Shown here piece after piece: positions 54,600 through 64,000 of a stretch of DNA of 64,000 bases. The stretch comes from the human T2T-CHM13v2.0 reference genome, Homo sapiens. The notes beneath the pieces are model-generated. The model made no database searches and was not told the DNA's origin. It saw only the letters and a list, made by a program, of their open reading frames with translations. Location: assembly GCF_009914755.1 (NCBI RefSeq), contig NC_060927.1. One strand, given 5' to 3'. The position numbers were made by a program, and so were the translations under genes. Position 1 is the stretch's first letter; the number at the start of each line of letters is the position of its first letter.

Positions 54600-55420
54600 A
54601 GGCAAGAAGTGGAGGGGAATAAAATTAAATCGCGGGGCGAGTCACATTCCCGGGGGTGGCGGGCTCCTCCAGGGAGGCTGGGGCGGGAGCGGGGGGCGGC
54701 GCCAGCAGCGGGCTGTGGAGGGCCCTGGCACGTAGCGCGCGCTCACACCGTGCCCAGGAGCGAGCGAGGACGTCGAGTAACCGTGGTCGCCAGGCTGGGC
54801 GGGGGCGTCCACCTCGCTGCTACCTGGGCCCACCTTGGGGTTTTTCCCTCCCGTCCATCCGGGGTGCGGGGCGCGGGGATGAGGAGGGGAGGGTCGAGAG
54901 AAGGCTGCCCCGGGTTTGCTCTCGCAGCATCCGGAGAAGGGGCGGGCGCGCCGGAGCCTCCCCCACCCCCCGCGTCCAAGGAGCAACGTAGTGCGGCCGC
55001 GCCGGACCAATCGCCGAGGCGCTGGTCGCCATGGCAACAGCAGCATCAGGCGCGGCCGCTCCGCTGCGCCCTCGCGGCAAAGTCACACACCCGGCGGGGC
55101 GCGGGGCGCCGGCCCCTTCCTGGCCCGCGCTGGAAACCTGGAAGTCTGTTGCTAAAATGCACGCGCCGCGCGGAGCCTACGATGACACTACTTTCCAAGG
55201 CGGCTTTTCTGCCTTCGGCACTGAGACACGCGAGCCGCGGAGCTCTCGGGGCTCTGGCCCTGGAGTGAGGCCGGCCGACTCCAAGGCTGTCTCTGCCACT
55301 GAAGGGCGATGAGACCTTGGCAAGCCGCGTCTCTCCTGGGAGTCTTGATTATGCTACTGTGAAAGGGATCATAACAGCTATACCACGGGGTTCCAGGAGG
55401 GCGCACCACGCCAGTAGCTG
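54600..55420 (-). promoter_or_regulatory. IQSEC1: CpG island / promoter of the MACRRRY isoform
   Basis: Dense CpG/CGCG, GC boxes, CCAAT at 55007-55011 and X-box at 55025-55038, directly upstream of the 54517 ATG on the minus strand. Confidence 0.9.
55025..55038. promoter_or_regulatory. RFX X-box GTCGCC-AT-GGCAAC
   Basis: Fits the consensus GTNRCC(N0-3)RGYAAC; 13 bp from a CCAAT box. Confidence 0.7.
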
Positions 55421-58400
55421 CACGGTGGATGGCAGAGCAGTCCTCGTTTGTGCCAGTCCTGTCCCAAAGGGGGCTGCACGTGGCTAGGGAGAATTTCTGG
55501 TCTAGCTATGGTGCCTCTTCCTCTCCCGAGGACCTTCCATGTGCCGGGCAAGTATCTGCCCTCATGATGTTTACAGTCTAAGGGGAAGCCAGGAAGTAAG
55601 TGTGCAGATATAGGATTGCACGTGGTGATAAGGATCAGGATGAAAAGAGAGCAGGAAGAGGGGAGGCAGGGACCCCAAGAGAGGCGGGAAGGAGGCTTCT
55701 GCCATCAGACGGGGTGGTCGGGAAGGCCCTCTGTGAGGCACGTGTGGCTGAGACTCGGATGACGCAAGAAGCAGGGGAGGAGCTGGCGTCAAGGCTCTGA
55801 GGCGGAAGGCAGCCTGGTGTATTTGACTGGCCCAGAGGAGGCCAGCGTGGTGCAGTGGTGCGACAGGGAGGTGGAGGGGAGAAGCGCACATCCATCCTCG
55901 GCTCCCACACCCGCCTTTCCCACACAGATTTCTCTCTTCCTGTCTGATGTTCATCTGATCCTCTCTGCTTCCTCATCTGTAAACCAGGAATCCCAGACCT
56001 ATCTCAGAGGCATGTAGATAATATTCTTCCGTGCACGGTAATCCTCAAGACAACCCCAATGAGGCCTAATACTATCATCCTACTTCACGGGGGAGCGCAT
56101 TAAAGCCAGAGGTTCAGCAACTGGCCCAAGCCACATAGCTGGCGGGCAGTCTGGCTCCAGAGTCTTGGTTCTTGACTGCTTGAAAGCTGCCTCACTGGGA
56201 GGAATAAATGAGAGAGGGAGTAGTTGAGACTGGGAATCGGCTGGATGTGGATGGCAGCCCACAGGGCCATTTCCCTTCCTCTTTCCATTCTCTCCAGATT
56301 CACACTCACCGAATTTAGAAGGAGTGATGCTGCATCCTTGAGTTCCATTCCATCCTTTACAGGGGAGGAAATGAACCTCAGGGGGTGAGCGATTTGCCTA
56401 AAGTTGCACAGCAAAGAGTGGCAGAGGTGGGACTAGGACCCCAGTCTTCCAGCTCAGTGTCCTGGTAGGGAGCAGAGGTTGGAGCTGCGGCCTCAGGTGG
56501 CCAAGGTGAGGCATCGAACAGAACTGCATGACGCTTCCCGATCTGCCCTCTCCAGGTGAATCCATATGCATGACCAATCTTCCTGTAGCACGGACCTCCC
56601 TCCCTGAGTCATGTGAGGAATTCATATTTCTGTGGGTTAACATGTTGCAGAGCCCACCCCACCCCTCTCCTCACTGGAGTTTCAAAAGATTTTAATAACA
56701 TCAAAATTCAGCCACTGCATCAGGAGGGCTCACTTTGTGTCAGGTCCAGTTGTTTCATGGTCTCAGTGAATTCTCAGAAGCGCCCTACGAAGTGAACATA
56801 ATTACCACTCCTGCTTAGATGGGTTGCACCACATACGGGGGTCTCCCATCAAGGCAGCAGCAGAGCCCAGACTAACTCACAGCCTGGCTCGGGCTAGAGC
56901 AATGCCCCTCTCAGCCGCCTTGCTCAACTAGCGATTCTCTTCTCACTTCCATCTTCCAGAGGCGGAAACAGGCTCAGAGTGGTGAATTGGATGCCTTGAG
57001 TGTGGAGCACCCAGTGTCCCTTTCCTGGGCTTCCTCTTTTGCTCCCTGGGAGGCCCATGCCATGCATCTGCACATCCGTTGCTTCTTCAGCACTTCTTCT
57101 TATAAACGTACTCTCCTTTTCCTTCCATGTTATGCTGTTATTTCAAAGCAGAGGAAATGGCAAGGACCCTGGCATTCAGATACAAATGCCAAGATTTTAG
57201 GCTTTTACAAAACATCATTTACAGGGCACGTGGGTAGTGCCTACAACCCACCTGCACTGGCGCGGTTTTGATTTCTGACATTCAATATCCAGCGCCGGAC
57301 CAGGCACAGAGGAGGCTCCAAAAAGCGTGGAGCTGGGATTCCGACTCTGATCTCTGACTACGGAACCCACAAGTTCATCCCTTCAGGCAGTGAGAGGTCA
57401 GAGAGTCTCAGAAAAGGGGCGCGCCCACCTGTGCAGGCTGAGCTTCACCTACCTCATGACCCCAAGCCCTCGACATCCAATCTCAGGGCAGATTTGTCAG
57501 CCACACCTCCCAGATGCAAAGCCTGTGGTCGTGAGAGGGTCCTGATCACATAAGAAGTGGAGCTACAGAACTCTGGATGGAATTGTCCACTTTCCTCACT
57601 TTCGCAGTTGTAACCAGATGTCTGGAGTGGGAAGCAGGGGCAGCCAGCCTTGGGGTTGCTGCCCTGTGACCCTGGTTATATCACAGAATCATCCACCCAC
57701 TCACCCACCTCTGCAGGCTGGAGACTAAGGCACAGTGGGAACCTAGCATTCAGACAGCGTTTTCATCCCCTGGAGTTTCTGTAAGTGCCCAAGTTCACCC
57801 CTGCCCTTGCCTCATCATTGTGGACTGTGGGAAGCCGCTTGGATCAGAAGGTGAGAGCAGCTGCCAAGGGGTAGGTCCAGAAACATCTCACATCCATCTC
57901 CCTTCCCTCAACGGGAAAATTTCCACCCTGCAGGCTGGCAGGAACATTCCTGCAGATCGGCTCACTCCTGCAACCTGCGGCCATCTGTCCCCAAGGTGGG
58001 AGAAACATGACAGCATTTGGGAAGAGGGAGGACGGAGAAGGTTGGAGCATGCAGTCCACAGATCTGACAGTCACAGAGCTCTTCAAGGCAGGGAGCCCCG
58101 AATCCCAGGGATTCAGGATCTTCATCCAGGGCTGGGCAGAAGTGAACCCCCCACCCCCGCTGCTCCGTTCCAACTGTGGAACTGCAAAGCCGTCAACACT
58201 CTGACTCTAAATCTCAGGACCACACAGTCTTCAAGTCTGGGGACTTTATTTTCTTTTAGCTGAAGCTTCACATTTTAAAGAAATGAAATCCTAACTGCAC
58301 AAATGATAAGAAAATGTATTCTCTTTAAACAAAATAAAGCCCCCTTTACCTCCCACCCTCCTAAATCTTATTCCCCGTTCCAATCTCTGCAGAGGTGACC

Positions 58401-58533
58401 GCTGTCATCTGTTTGGAGTGGATCCTTCCAGAACTTTTTCTATGCATTTATCTACATATATATGCCTATAGAAAATAGGAAGTATTACATAGACCCTAAA
58501 AAAAATGGCATCATTTTACAAATTTCTTTCTTT

Positions 58534-58692
58534 CTTTTTTTTTTTTTTTAAAGACAAGGTCTCACTATGCTGCCCAGGCTGGAGTGCAGTGGCTTTCACG
58601 GGAGCAACCATAGCACACTACAGCCTCAAACTCCTGGGCTCAGCGATCTTCCTGCCTTAGCCTGGGACTATAGGCATGCACCACCAAACCCA
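58534..58692 (-). mobile_element. FAM/Alu monomer inside an old antisense L1 fragment
   Basis: T-tail, agacaaggtctcactatgctgcccaggctggagtgcagtggc..cactacagcctcaaactcctgggctca. Confidence 0.82.
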
Positions 58693-61329
58693 GAATATTA
58701 AGAATTTTTTAATAAAAGATTTAAAATGTGCCAAAAGGCATAAAGATGAATACCGTGAACTCTGATATACCCCTGACCCACTACAAGAAACAGAACATGA
58801 CGAATATGATGGAAGCCCAGGGTCACCACCTCTGTTAAATCCCCTCGCCAGCCCTGCCCTCCTCCCATCCCCATGGTGAATTCACTCTGTAGTGAATCTC
58901 CTGCATAGAGAGGTATCCACAAACCATATAAACACTTGTGCACGTTTTTAAACTTTACATAAGTAGGATCACATTGCATATCTTTTTCTGCAACTCTTTC
59001 CCCACTCGGCATTATGTCTGGAAGACTGAATCATGGAATCTCTAAACCACAGACTCTTCCATGCTGAGTTCCCAAATCACAGGCTTTTCTAATCATAGAC
59101 ATGGGCTCGGGCTCTGGTGCTGGGAGGACCTCGCTGGCAGGCTCGTGCAGGGCCCTCCTAACATCTCTGCCCAGCCCCACCCCTCACGTGCAGGTGGCTG
59201 ACGGAGGGAGGAAGCAGCCGGAAGCAATTATCTCTGGAAATGTGTGTGGGCTTCTGGAAGCCTGGCAAACACCTCCCTCTGCAGCAAACCAAGTATCACT
59301 GAGGTGCCCTGTCCCCTGTCTTGGGGGAGAAGATCAGACCCTGGCCCTATAACAGTTGAGCAGCAGTCCTTGATATGCTCCTGAAATGGAGCACATCCAC
59401 TGCTTCTCGATGCTATTTTGGAGTCCTGGCTGATGGAGATCTGAAAGCCACGAGGGCTGGCATCGGTCCCCACTTGCCGCCTTGCCAGGTTTGCTGCTGA
59501 CTGTGCCAAGGACGGCCGTGGCCAATGGAGCCTGCTGGGGCCGCGGATGAGTGAGGGAGCTGTGGCCCTGCAGACACTCCCTGCAGGAGCTCACGCTGCA
59601 CGGGGCCACGCTGGCTGGAGGAAGGGGGCGTGGGAGACAGATGCTGCTTGAGATGCTTCGGCTGCTGCAGGACTCAAGAGTCCTGCTCCCCTGGGGAGAG
59701 AACCAGTGAACACATGAGCAGAGGGCACCTAGAGCAGCCCCTGTGCTTCTAAGCCTCTACTCAGGAGCCTGTGAGAGGCCCCTGAAGGATGCAGGGCGGT
59801 GTAATGTGAGCGAGAGAAGGCATCATTAAAAAGTGGTGGCCAATGGCAGGACAGGATGGAGCAGCCACAGACACTAAATCAGAGATGCTGGGCCCCTGTG
59901 TGCAGAGACAGAGCCCCAGGATGTGGGCTCCCTCCCGCACCCAACGGCTGCCATACCCCTCCTTTCTCCCCTCAAACCCTGCACCTCTCAGCAGGCAGTG
60001 TAGCCTGGGGGGGAAGGCCAGGAGCCTCCTCTGCCACCAGCTATGGGATTTTGGAAGGGGACCCCACTGCAGCCCTTCATCTAGATGCCGGGATTAACAG
60101 GGCATCTACGTCCACCTGCAGGTGAGAGCTGCGTGAGTGCACACAAGTGGAGCAGTCAGACCAGGGCCCATCCAGCTGCGTGCTCTGCTGGTGTTTGCTT
60201 TGCTGTTGCAGTTGTTTTAGAGCCAGGGCAGCTGGAGAGTTCACAGGAGGGACATTCATGGGGCGCTGGAGCCGGAGGTCTGGGCTGGGCAGGGCTGGTG
60301 CCTCCCTCTCCCAGCTGCCCCAGGGGGTTCTTCCAAGCCTGGCGTACCTTGTGCCAACCGCCCTTCTGCCCCTACTTCTCACCCTTCCTGTGTTCATATT
60401 GGCCTAATATGTTTATCTCAATTTAAAATAATTTTCACTAAAGCAGATCTTTTCTATCAGTATTGTAAATTGTGCATTCCACGTGCTAGTCACTTTCCTC
60501 CACCAATAAACATTCAAAGAAGTACGATTTAGAGAGAAGCACTGCTCTCCTGAGGCCCTCACAAGGCCCTGGGTGTCCCAACCTGGCAACTCCTGCACTG
60601 ATGTTGGGGTGCCAGACAGGATAGGTGCAGAGCAGGGCCGGGCCTGTGGAGGCTGAGTCAGCACAGATGTGCACGTGGAGTTGGGCTGTGTGTAGGGCGG
60701 AGGGACCGGCAAGCATAGGCCACTGGCTGCCTGGCCCCATCCCTGTGGCCCTGAGCCTTCCTAAACCTCACGCTCCATCTGCCCAGTCCTGCATCCGTAA
60801 GTGCTGACCAATGCTTGCTTTGGGTCAGACCCAGGCCAGGCATGGGAAACAAGGTGAGCCAAGGCCCCATTTCCTGCCTGGAGGAAGGGAGCAGCATGCC
60901 TTGGGCGGTGGTGGACACCCAGCAAATTTCCTGCCCAGCCACTTGCCTCCTTCTGGTTGCCGCTTCTTTAATCTCTGGGACTCTGGGGGAGCCAGGACCA
61001 GGGCATGACTCAAGCAGGGCTGTGAGAGGCAGGCCCAGAGGTTTGCCAGTGTCGTGGAGACAGAGAACATCCCACCTTGGACCTGAGCTTACCCCTGAGA
61101 GATAGAGGCCCCTTCTTTACTGGGGCCCCCATGGGGAGGAGCCTGCATGAGAGGCTGCAGGTTCTCATCACCGGAGCCCTGGGCCAGCCACACCTGAAAC
61201 CTGGAGGTTATGCCGCCCATATGTCCATTTTACATGAGCCAGTTTGAAGCGGGCTCACTGTCACACAGAACCAAACGTTCTAATGCAAGTACCTTGTAAT
61301 AGTCACAATACTGAGCGAACATGATCACA

Positions 61330-61800
61330 GTTATAATATGGTAGAACTGACTGTTTCGATGGAAATGTAGATCAAATAATACTACGTAAGATGAGGGAAG
61401 GAGGGGCAAGGTTTTTGAGAAAAAGAGATATAGCAAGGAAAAACAGAAGTTTCCTGGAGGACAAGATGTTGAAACAGAGTCTTGAAGGGTGGCCAGAAGC
61501 TTGTTAGGCAGACAGTGCATGGAAAGGTATTGCTTGCAGATGGAACAACATGTGCAGAGGCTTGGAGGTGAAAAGCAGCAGAAAGTCATGAGACAACCTG
61601 CCAGGGGTTTGGGCTTCATTATGCGGGTAATGGCATTCCAGGAGGTTTCTGAGTAGAGGAGGGACATGGTGAGGTTTGTGATTAAATAGATCCCCTCATG
61701 GGGGAAGGATTAGTGGGGAGAGATTAGAGGCTGGGATACCAGAGGAGAGGTTGGGATGGTGAGTCTGGAGGGAAGAGGTGGAGGCCTGCACTGAGGCATG
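61330..61800. mobile_element. L2 fragment
   Basis: gtttcctggaggaca..gagtcttgaagg..aacatgtgcagaggcttggagg..gggcttcatt..ggaggtttctgagtagaggagggacatg. Confidence 0.6.
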
Positions 61801-62764
61801 AGAGTGGGGATGCAGAGAACAGGTGTTTTGGGAGAAGTGTGGGTGGGAGAGGAGAGATGGGGTGGGGACAAGGCATCCACCTGCTCGTCGACTGGGTGGA
61901 TGGTGGCACCCTTTGTCTATACAGGGACACAGGCAGAGATGCAGGGTGGAGGGAGATATAACCCCTGCCCCCTTGTGAGGTGCCAGGGAGACCCCTGGGG
62001 AAGAGTCCAGGAGGCTTTGAGCGTCTGGCTGGAGGCTCAGCCCTGCAGGAGAAGAGAGGAGAGAGTGTGAGGGGTGAAGAGAGGTCAGACAGAGCCCTGG
62101 GGACATGGACATTTAAGGGAACAGCAAAAGCCGCTGCAGGGGTGGGAAGAAACCCAGCAGGCATCCTTACCCACAGCTGCCCACCTACCCTCCAATGGCC
62201 ACTTCCCTGGGCAAGTGCGCTCCCTCCCTGCCTCAGCCTCAGCCTGGGAACTGGGCTGTGCTCCCCAGCCCCCGCCCTGCCGCTGTTCCAGGGGATCTGC
62301 CGTCTGTCCTGTCCTGCCACAGTGACTCAGGCCCTGCCCTCCTCCCCGGGGATCTGAGCTAATACAAGAACAACATTCTTAGTAAAAAAGAATCCAAAAT
62401 AAGGGCTAAGCTTTATGCTCAAAGAAGTTCTTCACAGCATTATTTATAACAACAATAAACAAGCTAAAAGCTCAAACAAATGTTAAGGTAAATGTCCAAT
62501 ATTGGGAGCTGGCTAAAAATGCAAGGTTTCTGCATACAGTGGGATATTATACAGCCTTTAAAAGAGATGTTTACAATGTTTGGGAATAACCTTGATGACT
62601 GCGTAAAAAAAAGCAGCTTATATAAGTGCATAGTCAGTATGAATATAACAGCGTGTCCATAACACACAACTAGAAAAACATCTGGAAGGACACACAGACA
62701 TGCCACCAATAAAAGTTGGCATCTCTGGGTGACAGAATAACTGGTCAGCTTTATTTATTCCTTC

Positions 62765-63072
62765 AACTTTATTGATTTACTTTTGTTTTAGAGACAGGAT
62801 CTTGCTCTGTTGCCCAGTCTGGAGTACAGTGGCACAATCACAGCTCACAGAAGCCTCAAACTCCTAGGCTCAAGCAATCCTCCCACCTCGGCCTTCCAAA
62901 GTTCTGGGACTTCAGGAACATGCCACTACATCTGGCTAATTTTTAAATCGTTTATAGAGATAGGGTCTCCCTTTGGCACCTGGGCTGGTCTCAAGCTCCT
63001 GGCACCAATGGATCCTCCCACCTCGGCCTCCCAAAGTGTTAGGATTATAGGCATGAGCCACCATGCCTGGCC
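62765..63072 (-). mobile_element. AluJ
   Basis: gagacaggatcttgctctgttgccc..cacagctca..ggctcaagcaatcctccc..gagccaccatgcctggcc. Confidence 0.93.
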
Positions 63073-64000
63073 TCAATTTTCTTTATTTTTCAAAGTTTCT
63101 ACAACAGGCTTAACAATATATAAAAAAGTAAAATATATTACTACAAAAATTTTTCAGTCATCTAAAAATCACTGAAAACACCAATGAACTAATTCTAAAA
63201 GGGAGAGGAGGCTGGGATTCTGCAGGGACCAGTGCACGGGGTGGAGTCGGATGTGGGTTTGAAGCTGGCTCCGACACCGCCTGGCCCAGTGACCTTGGGC
63301 GGGTCTTCGCTCCTCTCTGAGCCTGCTTTCCCTCTCTAAGAATCTATTCTGGTCCTCCCGTTCACAGAGGGTTGACGTGAATACCAAATGACTGAATGCA
63401 CTTGATGTGCTAAAGGAGTGGGTGCTGCATGACAGGTGCTCGACAAAGGCGACCAAAGACTGCAGGGGTCGGTAGAGTGGGGTGAATGAGAGCAGGGCCA
63501 CCGGGCAGCACGAGGGGTGCAGGCTGTGCACTACCCAACTCCATGGGTGCAGCTCCTTTATCCTTGAGTGGAAGCAGTGGCCCCCGAGTCGCGCAGGGCA
63601 GCAGCGTGTGGTCATGTGGTCTCTGGAGTGCTGCATCCCAGCTCTGTCACCTACTAGCTGTGTGACCTTGGGCAGATCTCCAAAACTGAGGATAATAAGG
63701 GAATCAACGTGTCGGTCGGTTGTGACAGTCTGATGATCTAATGTGTGCAGGTGCTAATCACAGCAAATGGCTGCCGAGTGCTTATCATCACCCTGCACAC
63801 CGCTGGGCACACACAGTCTCACCACCCCCGACTCTCTTTTTATCCCCGACAAAGGGCAGTTAAGCTTCTTCTGCAGTTCCCTCAGGTCAGGGCTGGGGAG
63901 GAAGGCGCAGGCCTGGACCGCTACAATGGCTGGGGTGCTGAAGTCAGAGTGAGACCAGCCTCTCAGCTGGCCTGGTACCCAGCGGGCATTCTCTATGGGC

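Noticed and set aside
54609-55312. Plus-strand ORFs in the CpG island, including MATAASGAAA.. with a strong Kozak context
   Set aside because: Stop-poor GC-rich DNA; the ATG is the spacer of the RFX X-box; no downstream exons are evident.
57448-57457. ATG AG|GTAGGT mini first exon
   Set aside because: Too little information; no promoter context.

Overview
GC-rich primate (most likely human) genomic DNA, dense in Alu, MIR, L1M, L2, LTR and hAT relics; almost all ORFs in the supplied track are non-coding noise. The window is the 5' region of IQSEC1 (BRAG2/GEP100, an ARF-family GEF) on the minus strand; the Sec7/PH body of the gene lies outside the window to the left. I recognise, from memory of IQSEC1 isoform N-termini, three short alternative first coding exons (MACRRRYF.. 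54495-54517; MLKFKAFCLDYWQFLCLQPLHGAYK.. 23794-23870; MKGDGSAVWSLMWKYCISVRTL.. 3557-3624) and a 45-nt cassette exon (..SSLDTGSSLSTDRY.. 28985-29029). All are too short for the ORF track and all end at phase-2 donors. Further exon-like units with the same grammar occur at 2565-2665 and 23998-24083 (GTG start), with weaker ones elsewhere. This points to a 'variable first exon' array that swaps short Cys/aromatic/basic N-terminal peptides onto a constant GEF body; a membrane-targeting or palmitoylation role is inference only. Also present: a CpG-island promoter, two CCAAT+RFX X-box promoter modules, a full-length ORF-intact RPL39 retrocopy, a 25-bp minisatellite, and several short local duplications or templated insertions. 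No databases were searched, and repeat boundaries and subfamilies are approximate.
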